Positions 28,690-38,900 of a DNA stretch of 64,000 nt are shown here, piece after piece (position 1 is the first letter of the stretch; every line of letters begins with the position of its first letter). The DNA is from Candidatus Babelota bacterium. GTDB lineage: Bacteria > Babelota > Babeliae > Babelales > CAIQNR01. A model generated the notes under the pieces. It saw nothing but the letters and a program-made list of their open reading frames with translations, was not told where the DNA came from and did not search any database. Location: assembly GCA_965658655.1 (NCBI GenBank), contig CBFHTA010000002.1:128001-192000 (forward strand). Direction: 5' to 3'. Both the position numbers and the translations under genes were made by a program.

Positions 28690-29879
28690 TTATTGCAAAA
28701 AAGTTCGTATTCCCTTATAAATTCCGTGGGCTAACGCTTTTTGATAGTTATCAGATTGTAACAACTGCCGTTCTTGAGGATGAGACAAAAAGCCAAGTTC
28801 AACCAATATTGCAGGAACTTCTAACCCCATCAACACTTGAGCCGGCTTATATTTTACTTTTCTATCTACCACCTGTTTATTGTACAGGCGTGCTTGGCCC
28901 AACAATTGTCCCTGAACAGACTCTGCAAGTTTTCTACTTTTATAATGTAACGATCTTGTTTTCTCTGTAAGCATCTTATAATCCTTGGCATGCATATTTT
29001 TGAATTCCGACTTAAACAATGAGGGCTGCATACAGAATGTCTCTATGCCGGCCGTCTTTGTACTTTTGTCTGCATTCGCATGAACAGATACAAAAAGATC
29101 TATATGTGGTTGTTTATTTGTATGTGTCGTTCGTGTATCAAGCGCCAAGTATTCATCTTTGTCTCGTGTAAGAAAAACATTATAACCCTGCTGCTCCAGA
29201 ATCTTTGCTGTCTTTAAACCAATTTGTAGATTAATGTCTTTTTCTTTAACGTTACCAATTACATAACCTGGGTCACTGTGCCCATGTCCGCAATCAACTG
29301 CAACATTGATTTTTTTTTTACCTGGGCCGTTTGCAATACTGGTCGCAATTTATTATTCAAATCCTTCATAGCTCTACGCTTTAAGAATGAGAATGTTAAA
29401 CCATAATCACCGGTAATAGCCTCAAACGATTCTTGTTGGAATCCAATTTCATTAGGACGGAAAACAACACGGCAAGTTAATCCACCTCTCGCATAGTTCG
29501 GCTCAAACTGTACACGATATAAATCATTTTCTGCTGGTGTTGCACCAAGCTGATTTAAAAAGCTTTGCGCCTTTCTTTCTGCAGAGGTAAGTGGCATAAA
29601 AAATTCAAGTTCAACTTGTCCATTTTCATTTACAGGAACCTCTTCACCCTTAAGTCCTGCAGCCGAGGCGGAAGGGACGTATGTACAAATTGGTCGATGT
29701 GAAAAATAGAACACCAACTTATCAGACATCGCCCCTTTGTGGTGATACGCCTTGGTAATTTTTATTTTATTCGTAGCCGATTTTTTAACTGCTATTGCTG
29801 CCGCTTTTCTTTTTAACGATTTCGTTTGCAGTCCAGAAAAACTTAACAACACTAGCATCATCAAAATTCTTATTTTCAT
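28690..29879 (-). CDS. N-acetylmuramoyl-L-alanine amidase (Amidase_3) split by a -1 frameshift at an A10 tract (29310-29319)
   Basis: ORF from 29879 (GGAGG RBS, signal peptide) runs to GTA AAA AAA AAA TCA; the -1 frame continues INVAVDCGHGHSDPG...EKDINL...FLTR...SVHAN...LVELGF to the stop at 28690. Confidence 0.85.
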
Positions 29880-30007
29880 ACTAACCTCCATTTCCAAAAG
29901 TCCATCTTTAATTATAAATATATTTAAATTTGTTTCACATTGTCAATATTGTTTATCTCAAAGTCCCACAAATGCTCCTCCACTAACATTTTTATTTTTT
30001 ATACAAT

Positions 30008-31027
30008 TTAACTGAACAGTTCAGGTTTATACGTTAAGCGGCGAGATCGCTCCCACGCAACAATGAAGTGGTGAAGATCGTAACGTTGATTAACTTCAGA
30101 ATGCGTATCAAAAGCTGGATCGTAACACAGTACTTTCTTATCTTTTGCATCAAAACCAACAACTACAAGAAGGTGCCCTTGTTTATACTCTTTTTTTCCG
30201 CCAGGAATACTTCCACGAATACTTACAGCAACAGGAACATTCTGTTTAAGTAATGCATGCAGATCATGAAAAGAGTTTAAACGTGTAGTATAAAACAAAG
30301 CATGACCATGTCCTTTTTCAAACGCATGCGCCATATTAAGCCCCCAGTTGCCAAAAATATCGAGCCCTTCATCGTATACGTAGTTAGAGAAGAGCAATGG
30401 TTCCATTTTTTTACCGGTTAATGTTTCTACCATCATGCTCACCGATGTTGGAGAGCACAATGCATTTGCACGAGGATGGTCTATCATAATTTGCGATTTC
30501 TTTGGGACATTAGAAACACGACACGAATCAAGGTTTTTACCGCGTCCATTGTAAGGTTCAATTTTAAAACGAGTAAAATCTGCTGCAGCTACCATAACAC
30601 CTTTTAGAGATCCTAATGACACTTTCTTTCCATCACGAGCAACCTTTACTTGAAACGCAGATCCTTTTTTATTGTTCTCCATTTCTAATCGTGCATATTT
30701 AAAGACTGAATGTTTACCGCGACTAAAATGTGATTTCTGTATATTAGAACCCCACTCAACCATTTTGTGCCATTTATCCCACGTACCAGTTTTTTGATCC
30801 TTCACGCGAACAGAGAAGGTAAACGCTCCCCGTTTGGGACGATGTGCATTCCACGAGAAAACAAGCTGAGTAAATGGCATGGCATCATAATGCGATATTT
30901 GTAATTCTTCTTTTCGTTTATTGGCATGCATTTGTTGATCTGAATAAACATGCTTATACGTGCGTGACCACGGTTCTTTTGCCTGTAAACTTACAATACT
31001 CAATAATATTAGAATTGCCTTCTTCAT
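30008..31027 (-). CDS. exported peptidase C39-like protein
   Basis: SQ...CSPTSVSM (Cys), GHLLVVVGFD (His) and YDPA (Asp) motifs; signal peptide. Confidence 0.8.
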   Translation of the reverse strand: MKKAILILLSIVSLQAKEPWSRTYKHVYSDQQMHANKRKEELQISHYDAMPFTQLVFSWNAHRPKRGAFTFSVRVKDQKTGTWDKWHKMVEWGSNIQKSHFSRGKHSVFKYARLEMENNKKGSAFQVKVARDGKKVSLGSLKGVMVAAADFTRFKIEPYNGRGKNLDSCRVSNVPKKSQIMIDHPRANALCSPTSVSMMVETLTGKKMEPLLFSNYVYDEGLDIFGNWGLNMAHAFEKGHGHALFYTTRLNSFHDLHALLKQNVPVAVSIRGSIPGGKKEYKQGHLLVVVGFDAKDKKVLCYDPAFDTHSEVNQRYDLHHFIVAWERSRRLTYKPELFS

Positions 31028-31155
31028 ACTAACCCCCTTTTATAACCCATTTTTAGAACATAATCTTCATTGTACCTTTCTGGAGGAATCATATGCAAGA
31101 CTTTCTTTTCTTCTCCTTATCTGCAAGACTAATTATCTTTACAGAAAGGATAGTA

Positions 31156-32313
31156 ATGAAAAAACTTATACACACGTTATTCTTTGTTGCCCTGTCAGCG
31201 TTTTGCGCTCCTAGCTACAATGGTTTTTGCTGTGTGCCCCTGGCAGATCTTTTAGGCGGACCAATTAATGACTTTTTCTCTACTCTATCAATTGAAAAAG
31301 CATATACGCAGTTACCTTATGGCGAATCACGCGGCACATTAACTTCACCCCGTACTGCCCAATTATTATTTAATCAACCAGTTATCATCAAAGAACAAAG
31401 AGGCAAAGAAGTAAAAATAGAAGTTCCATATCTCACGTATTCACTCGGCAAACATACTCATTTTACCTACTGGACATTAGCAAGTAACATCACAAAACTA
31501 ACAAAAAAAAATAAACCCTATGTTCCATTAAATGGAAACAACACGTTTACACTGAGACATCCAATGACGTTAAAGGGAAAAACATATGCAGCTGGCACCC
31601 AATTTGTAATAGAAAAAAGTAAACAACATAGAACACAAGTCTATGCATATAACCCTACTATTAAAGAGATAATAAAACTTTCTATTAAAAACAACTCACG
31701 CATAACACCACCACAAGATTTTAAAGGCAAGCAAAAATTATTAGTACAACTGTGTAAAGAATGGGCACATCAAAAAGATGGAATCATTCCATATGTATTT
31801 GGAGGAGCAAGCATCGGCACTCCACTAAGACAAGATTCATTCATTAAAACAAAAGTTAACTTCACTAAAGGTAAACAAAGCACTTTCTTTACTCGTAAAG
31901 ATTCAAAAACGCCTCTTTTTGGTATTGATTGTTCACGTATTTTTACACGTGCCGCACACATGGTTAACCTTCCATTACATGCCACCAACACCAAAGAGCT
32001 CAGACGAGTGCTTCGTCCTTTAAAAAAAGATGAAACTATCGAGAATGGAGATATTGTTGTTTGGAATGGCCATGTTGCTATGGTAAGTGATGCAAAAAAA
32101 GGATTACTCATAGAAGCTCGTTCATACGACAGTGGCTACGGAAAGGTTCATGAGATACCGTATCATGAACAATTAAAAGATATAACATCTACACAAAAAC
32201 TAGTTAATGCACATTTTTCAAAACAACGTATTACACGATTAAAAAAAGATGGCACAAAAAATCATTTTGTATATGATTTAGAAATCTTAAAATTATCTAG
32301 CTTAAGGCTTTAA
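31156..32313 (+). CDS. NlpC/P60 (C40) cell-wall peptidase with SH3b-like N-terminal part
   Basis: PYVFGG, GIDCS, GD.V...GHVAM and AQLLFNQPV motifs; start at ATG 31156 after GAAAGGA. Confidence 0.8.
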   Translation: MKKLIHTLFFVALSAFCAPSYNGFCCVPLADLLGGPINDFFSTLSIEKAYTQLPYGESRGTLTSPRTAQLLFNQPVIIKEQRGKEVKIEVPYLTYSLGKHTHFTYWTLASNITKLTKKNKPYVPLNGNNTFTLRHPMTLKGKTYAAGTQFVIEKSKQHRTQVYAYNPTIKEIIKLSIKNNSRITPPQDFKGKQKLLVQLCKEWAHQKDGIIPYVFGGASIGTPLRQDSFIKTKVNFTKGKQSTFFTRKDSKTPLFGIDCSRIFTRAAHMVNLPLHATNTKELRRVLRPLKKDETIENGDIVVWNGHVAMVSDAKKGLLIEARSYDSGYGKVHEIPYHEQLKDITSTQKLVNAHFSKQRITRLKKDGTKNHFVYDLEILKLSSLRL

Positions 32314-32408
32314 CGAATTAGATGCGAAGTCAATAAGAACAATCAGAACGTTATGCTTTTTGCGTAGCTCATGCAGCAAACAGTATTGGTAGTGAGACAA
32401 TGAAAAAA

Positions 32409-32474
32409 AATATCCCACTCGTTCTTTTTGATGACAACGGCCAAGACCTGTTAGCAATCAGCGAGTGGGATATT
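32409..32474. repeat. 13-bp perfect inverted repeat enclosing an imperfect inner stem; terminator-like
   Basis: AATATCCCACTCG (32409-32421) / CGAGTGGGATATT (32462-32474); T-run follows on the minus strand. Confidence 0.65.
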
Positions 32475-32490
32475 GTTAATTTTTCTACAA

Positions 32491-33435
32491 TTAATGCTGG
32501 TGAACAATAACACGCGATTGGCGTTGATTTGCAGGAATATATTGTTGCAAAATATGCCTTACCGCTTTTAATCTTGCATATTGTTCAAGGGTTTTCATTG
32601 CACAATAACTTGCCATATTATACGTTGCAGTATACAACCAAGGGCGTCTAAAGTAGCAGTCTTCTTTAAAGAATAAACCAATAGTTGGTGAGTTACTTAT
32701 CCATGAGTTGCTTGCATACTCCTGTAAGATATCTTCTGAATAAAGGGTAATGTCATCTGTAATGAGAACATCACCATCAAGTAACGCTCTTGTATCAGAA
32801 TCTTGGTCAATCATTCTTTGAGCAGTAAGCTCTACAATATTGGTGTAAGATTCATACATTTTTAAACGTTTATCAAGTTGCGTAAGTGCAGTATCAACTT
32901 TTTTAATTGCTTCAAGAGGAGATGCATTTTGCTCAAGACCCATATTAAAAAAAAGCTGTCTTTTTAAAGCTTCTCTACCACCAGGGTAATGGGCAAGTTG
33001 ATTCATTAATTCAGCTGCTGTATCACACTCTGCCCATCTATTTCTTAAAACTAGATTTGTACTTGTATTTTGACGTTTCATTTTTCTTAATTGAACACCA
33101 AAGGTACAATATCGCCAGAGCATTGCACTATGATACAATGCCGCAAAACCATGAGCAGCGAGAGAAATCTTAACAAGATTACTTGGTGCAATTTCTTGAC
33201 CAGCAATTTTAAAAACTTCTTTAGCAGTTCCTTCTACAGATTCAGCGGTAAAAGCTTTATAACCTTTGAAACTAAGATACCCAAGACCAGCATGCGCACT
33301 CCAACCAAAAGCGCCGTAACCCAGTTCTTTGGTTACTCCACAAACAACATCGCCCAAATCAGCAGAGATACCTGCTGGAAGAAGTACCAATAAACTTAAT
33401 AAATATTTTTTATAAGATTTTATAACCATAACCAT
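32491..33435 (-). CDS. hypothetical exported/membrane protein, paralog of 33704..34531
   Basis: Signal peptide; shared RN.W and A..C....L.QY.R..A......QY motifs. Confidence 0.75.
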   Translation of the reverse strand: MVMVIKSYKKYLLSLLVLLPAGISADLGDVVCGVTKELGYGAFGWSAHAGLGYLSFKGYKAFTAESVEGTAKEVFKIAGQEIAPSNLVKISLAAHGFAALYHSAMLWRYCTFGVQLRKMKRQNTSTNLVLRNRWAECDTAAELMNQLAHYPGGREALKRQLFFNMGLEQNASPLEAIKKVDTALTQLDKRLKMYESYTNIVELTAQRMIDQDSDTRALLDGDVLITDDITLYSEDILQEYASNSWISNSPTIGLFFKEDCYFRRPWLYTATYNMASYCAMKTLEQYARLKAVRHILQQYIPANQRQSRVIVHQH

Positions 33436-33506
33436 TCCCTAACTTTAAGTAGGACAACCTCACATTTCACTTAAACCAGTTTATCAATAAGAGGATAGAC
33501 GTGCAA

Positions 33507-33538
33507 AAGCCCCTGGGCATTTTAAGCTTAGGGGGCTT
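33507..33538 (-). terminator. hairpin, possible terminator
   Basis: AAGCCCC...GGGGCTT stem with TTT on the minus strand, between two co-oriented genes. Confidence 0.45.
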
Positions 33539-33703
33539 ATTTGCGAGAACTATTCAAGCTTAAAGCGGTACTAAAGCGAGTCGTACATTCGATACAATTT
33601 TTTCATTTTGCTCAAAAATCACTCAGCATGATTCGCTTTACTTCTGATTCATCCCAAGTGGCTTCCTGTAGGTAATTGTATCGAAGAATCGAGCAACTAC
33701 TTT

Positions 33704-34531
33704 TTATCTAGCTTTAAGATTCAAATTAATAGCTTGAGCCTGCGTAGCTGGAACCAAATATTGCTCCATAACACGTTGAATTGCACGAATACGCGAATAC
33801 TGCTTAAGAACCTCAAAAGTACATTCTGCAGCTTTCTTATGCGTCCAAGTAAACCAATACGGTATACGTGTTCCAAAAGTAGGAGACCAAGTATATTTAA
33901 TATCAATTGGCAAGAGCGTATGATCCATGTACTCATTGAATGCTTTTTCTACAGGAGAAAATCTAAAAGCTGAGAATGTAGATGAAACCAATTGATGATC
34001 AATAATATAATCAGATGTAATCAATTCTTGAGGATTTTTAGCAAAACCTGCCTCACGGGCCATGTTAAGGAGAATAGGAGTGAGAAAAGCATAACTATTA
34101 AGCTCTGCTTGTAATGCAACCAAGGATGAATCAAGCGCATCAGATACTAAAAGATGAAAGTTTGGAGCATTACGATCTATACCTTCTGCTCTGCAGATTT
34201 CTTCTAATAGTTGTTGTCTAAAGGTATCTTTTTCTTTTCTTGTACTCAGTTGAGTAAAGCATCCCCATAATGCGTATCCTGAAGTAAAATCATAAGGAGA
34301 AACCCATACGTTACGCTCACTGAGTGTCCCCACTTTTTTACACATTTGTAGTTCATCTAAACGAGTTCCCATGTTCCACCATTGAGCTACGGTTGTAATA
34401 CCACCAGCACCAAGTGCACCTATTGCAACGGTACTTAACACTTTGCTCGTTGTACTAACCTCTGCTTTTGCTTGCTGTGAAACACACATTAATACACACA
34501 ACAGTGCTCTGCTATACTGTTTTTTAATCAT
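33704..34531 (-). CDS. hypothetical exported/membrane protein, paralog of 32491..33435
   Basis: Signal ending AKA, Gly-rich hydrophobic helix, shared C-terminal motif. Confidence 0.75.
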   Translation of the reverse strand: MIKKQYSRALLCVLMCVSQQAKAEVSTTSKVLSTVAIGALGAGGITTVAQWWNMGTRLDELQMCKKVGTLSERNVWVSPYDFTSGYALWGCFTQLSTRKEKDTFRQQLLEEICRAEGIDRNAPNFHLLVSDALDSSLVALQAELNSYAFLTPILLNMAREAGFAKNPQELITSDYIIDHQLVSSTFSAFRFSPVEKAFNEYMDHTLLPIDIKYTWSPTFGTRIPYWFTWTHKKAAECTFEVLKQYSRIRAIQRVMEQYLVPATQAQAINLNLKAR

Positions 34532-34595
34532 ATCTATACCCTAAAAAATAAATGTTATTGCTATAATAATAAAGCCCAGAATAACACAGATACCA

Positions 34596-35765
34596 CTATC
34601 CACAAGCGGTTCTGGTCAAAAGCGAACGTTTAAGTTGAGACAAATTTTGAGTATGCCCTATTAACATAAACCCTTTTACATAATTCGATTCAGCATAATG
34701 TACTTTTTGATAATATTCGTCAGTTTGCTCACTTTTAGCATCTGAACTAAATATGCCTGCAACATGAAAAGACAAACCAAAAAAATAGGATGCCGTAATT
34801 AATGTAACACCCCCGTATGGTTGCATATGTTCAACCATATTCGTTCCTGCTCGCATGCCCTGGACCAACGCATCTGGCCACGTACAGCTACGCATTTTCT
34901 TATTGGTAAATTTATCTCTTACTAATGCCACATCACCCGCTGCATAAATATCTGGATTGCTTGTCTGCATCCATTCATTAGTAACAACTGCATAATTATC
35001 TATCTCTAACTTTGCAGATTCGGCAAGAGCTAAATTAGGACGCGCGCCAAGCGCACAAATAACCATATCTGTTTTAAGAGTTGAACCATCAGAAAGTTCA
35101 ACCGAGCATACACCATTATCTTTTGAAACTATTTTATTAATCATTACATCAAAACAAAAATCAACATTATGTTGGCGTGCTTTATTTTGAATAAATTCTG
35201 CGCCTGCGGCATCTGTCTGCCGACTCAACACTTGTGTGTTTTTATCTACAATTGTTACCGGTAACTTATAATACGTTAATGCATCTGCACACTCAAGACC
35301 ACTTAATCCGGCACCAATAATTGTTATATGCTTAACGTCTTGTTGTTCGATCCAATCTTTTATTCTCTGTGTATCGTTCAAAGTATAAAACGGAAACACA
35401 CCCGCTGTATCTTTGCCTTCAATCGGTGGAATATGCAGCGTACCACCAACTCCAAGTAACAGTTTTGTGTAGGCAATGCTAGAACCGTCTGCACACGTTA
35501 TCTGTTTGTTATTAACATTAATAGCAGTAACTTTAGTATTAAGTTTAAGTTCTATGTTGTTCTTAGTAAAAAAATCTTGCGGCTTGGTATACATCTTCTC
35601 AAGCGGCTTTTCGTGATTTAAGTACTCAACTAAAAAACATTTATTATACGGAAACTCTTGCTCGTCAGACACACAAATAATACGTGCATCTTTTTCGAGT
35701 TGACGCAATTTCGTTAGCGCGCCCATGCCTGCTGCTGAAGTTCCAATAATTACATACGTTTTCAT
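34596..35765 (-). CDS. FAD-dependent pyridine nucleotide oxidoreductase (rubredoxin reductase / NirB N-terminal type)
   Basis: IIGTSAAG, IIGAGLSGLE and TSNPDIYAAGDVA motifs. Confidence 0.85.
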   Translation of the reverse strand: MKTYVIIGTSAAGMGALTKLRQLEKDARIICVSDEQEFPYNKCFLVEYLNHEKPLEKMYTKPQDFFTKNNIELKLNTKVTAINVNNKQITCADGSSIAYTKLLLGVGGTLHIPPIEGKDTAGVFPFYTLNDTQRIKDWIEQQDVKHITIIGAGLSGLECADALTYYKLPVTIVDKNTQVLSRQTDAAGAEFIQNKARQHNVDFCFDVMINKIVSKDNGVCSVELSDGSTLKTDMVICALGARPNLALAESAKLEIDNYAVVTNEWMQTSNPDIYAAGDVALVRDKFTNKKMRSCTWPDALVQGMRAGTNMVEHMQPYGGVTLITASYFFGLSFHVAGIFSSDAKSEQTDEYYQKVHYAESNYVKGFMLIGHTQNLSQLKRSLLTRTACG

Positions 35766-35782
35766 AAAACCTTTGCGTTATT

Positions 35783-35856
35783 TGCGCCCGACAGGAATCG
35801 AACCTGTGGCCTACAGATTAGGAATCTGTCGCTCTATCCTACTGAGCTACGGGCAC
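35783..35856 (-). tRNA. tRNA-Arg(CCT), CCA not encoded
   Basis: GTGCCCGTAGCTCAGTAGGATAGAGCG-ACAGA-TTCCTAA-TCTGT-AGGCCACAGGTTCGATTCCTGTCGGGCGCA cloverleaf. Confidence 0.95.
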
Positions 35857-35905
35857 AATACTTATAGAGCAACAGTTTACTTGATTTGTTCTGCGAAGCA
35901 AATTG

Positions 35906-38900
35906 TTAGAAATTCACCTGGCCACCCTTAACACGAACACGGCTTACATCTTTGCTAAGGTTTCTAAGATTTCTAATATTCCCTCGTTCTTTTCTCGTTC
36001 CCTCTGTATACCCCTGGTACAGATCATTTATTCTTTCTTTCTGCTGCCCAGTCAAGCGATTATAATAATCTTTTCCTCGAAGATCATCTAAGCTTCTGCC
36101 TCTTTCTTGATACTTTTTTGCTCTACCAAGTGTTTTGTTCCAATCATTCGTATTTTTTCTTTGTTTTCTTTTTTCCATGTTCAGGCGTTCTGGATCTGTG
36201 TCAAGATTGTATAGAGACTCTTGTTGTACCTCTTCGGGGCTCATACCACTAATCTGATTAAGCATATCTCTTTGAGGATCTGTAGTGCTCTTTCCTCCAC
36301 TACCAACACTGGTTTCTGACTGTCCTGCAAGAGACGAACTATCATAGTCAGGAACTGTATCATCTTGAGATTCAGGATCCTCACTCCATGACTTATTACC
36401 CGACAATTGATCTGATAATAAGTTACTACTTGCTTCAATACGCGCTTGCTTTGCTTTATTTAAATCTGCTTCAATACGCACTTGCTCTGCTGCGGATTGT
36501 TTTCCTTTATATCCCGATTGGTTTTCTTGCCATCTCTTAAAATTCTCGCCTTTTGCACCGCCATACCTATCTTCCATTCCAGGAGTCTGAACAAAACTAG
36601 AATCAGACTGTGCTGGCTGCGAATCACTTTCTGAAACCCAATCTGGCCTTAGATAATACTTACCTGCAAGATTAATACCATTCTGAGAAGCATACTCTCG
36701 TGTCTCAGTATAAAGTTCTTTTAATTTAGGATTATCTTTAAGTAATTGGCTAGCATCTGCAGTATTTATCTGTTCCATTAAACTGCCAATTTTAGCAACG
36801 GTGTATTCATCTTTTCCATCTTGCTTAATAGTTGCAAGACGACTTTCCAAAAAATCTAATGTTACATTTTTCAGTAGATCCTTAACCTGATCTATTTCAC
36901 CTTGTTCTAACTGACCACTATTACCTTCAAGGAAACTTTCTAATTCTCGTTTTAGTTTACTCAATGCTTTATTTTTTGTTTCAAAATCTCCATAATCTCC
37001 ATTTTTGATATCTTCAAATCGTTGGTTAAAGTCCTGTACTTTTTTTGTACGAGCCTGCTTTGATGCTTCTTGTTGACGCGCAAGAGCTTCTTCTTGTTCT
37101 CGTTGCTGCCTACGATACTCCTCTTGCGTTCTAGTAGCTTCTTCTTGTATTTTTTGCTTTCTAGTAGCTTCTTCTTGCTTTTTCCTAGCAGCTTCTTTTT
37201 CCCTTGATAATCGCTCTTGATTTAGTTTCTCCCTTGCTGTGCTTTCTTGTTTTATACGATTATCAAAATCATCTAACTCTTTTTGAGATACATTAAGGAT
37301 GTTTTGAGATTCATCTATCTGATCTTTAAACTGGTTGTTATTCTTATAAAAATTAAGTTGACCACTAGCACTGTCTACTTTTGCCTGTAAGCGCTTACGC
37401 TGCTCTTGAATGTCTCCCCATTGGTCAACTCGAAGTGTTCCATTCTTATATGCACTGCTATCCATAGCTCTTTGTATGTTTTCAAAACGTTCACCACTCA
37501 CCAAACCTCCTTCTAATTTATTTCTTAAAAGTGATAAATCGTATTTTTGTTGCTTGGTAGTATATTCTCCTTTACGAAGACGACTTTCTACCTGTTGCAA
37601 TCGCTCTTCAGTTGCGTCAGGACCACTTTTACCCAAGTCTTTTGAAACAGAAAGTGAATTAATCCAATTGTTAATTTGTTCTTGTAAGGATTCCCCATTT
37701 TTTTGTTTTTTTGTATACCAGTCAGGTGGATCTTGCTCATAAGTAGTTTGTATTTCTTGTAAACGAACCATTTCTTCTTTTGGATCTAAACCAGCAGTTT
37801 GATTTAAACCAGAACGAATATGCTTATTTAAGTTTTCTGAACGCTCAATTGGATTTGTAGATCTAGATTTTTTCATAAATTCATCTCTTAGACGATCTAA
37901 ATCTTCAAGGGAACTCTTTACCCTACTTTCCTGGGCGTCGCGTAGCGTATCAGCATTCTTTTGATTATCTTCAGAATCAGCAATCTCTTGCGCTTCACGT
38001 AAACTTTTCATTGAAGCATGATTCATCATGTTACTAGAAGGCTCTTCCACCAAAAGAGTTGCTGCTAAAGCATTCTCTTCTTTAACTCTCTGCTCTTCTC
38101 TGCGATCAGCCTCTCCATGAATAAGTGAGTGCCAATCAGAATCTTTTTTTGATGAATCAGTAGTAGCCCACTGATTAACACGATCCCTTAAATTTCCGTA
38201 AGCATCTGTGACGCCATTTTTCAATTCATCAATACCACTCGAAATCCCAGCAAGAGTGTCCGATTGCCCTTCGCGTGTTGAAACACGGCGTGCCAAGTTA
38301 CTCAATCTGTTCAACGTCTCTGCATCAGGAGTATAAACTCCTGCTTTTATACCATCAACACCCGCTTGAGCATATTGCCTTAACCCTTCAACTCCATCTT
38401 TAATTTGACGTTTCAAACCATCACTTGTGTGTTTTGTCCAATTATTTAATCTATCTTTTATCGTTTGCATATGATCATTAACAACTTGTGTTGTACTTCG
38501 CATATTAGTTCTACGTGATTCCAATTGTTTTATCACACTGCTTAACTTTTTAATCTTATCGTCATATTCCGGTTTAGTTAGATCAGTTTTTTTCAATTCA
38601 TATTCAAGATTTTCTGCTTCTGCCGATAATGCATATATCTCTTTGCGTGTTTTTCCTCCACCCCAATAATCATTAAATCGATCTGCCCAGGTTTTCAATA
38701 CCCCCTTTTTTTCATTATTATTAAAATTATCACTAAAGCCTACCTGATCACCGTCATACGTAACACTTTTACCTCTAAACACCTTGTTGTTTAATTCTCC
38801 AAGGTTGAGACCTCTTTCTGCTTCTTTTGTTGTCATTGGACTTTTATTATCATCACCTACACTAATGCTAGAGGTTGTACCAATATCTGTGCCAGTTATA

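Noticed and set aside
28690..29148. Stand-alone 152-aa amidase as given by the ORF track
   Set aside because: It starts after the first His and Glu zinc ligands; the frame is open upstream to the A10 tract, so it belongs to the frameshifted gene.
36230..36285. WH2-like start DPQRDMLNQISG in the 1088-aa protein
   Set aside because: Lacks the following LKKV-type motif required for a WH2 domain.
37125..37200. Short repeats CTAGTAGCTTCTTCTTG encoding QEEATR
   Set aside because: Ordinary low-complexity expansion in a charged helix.
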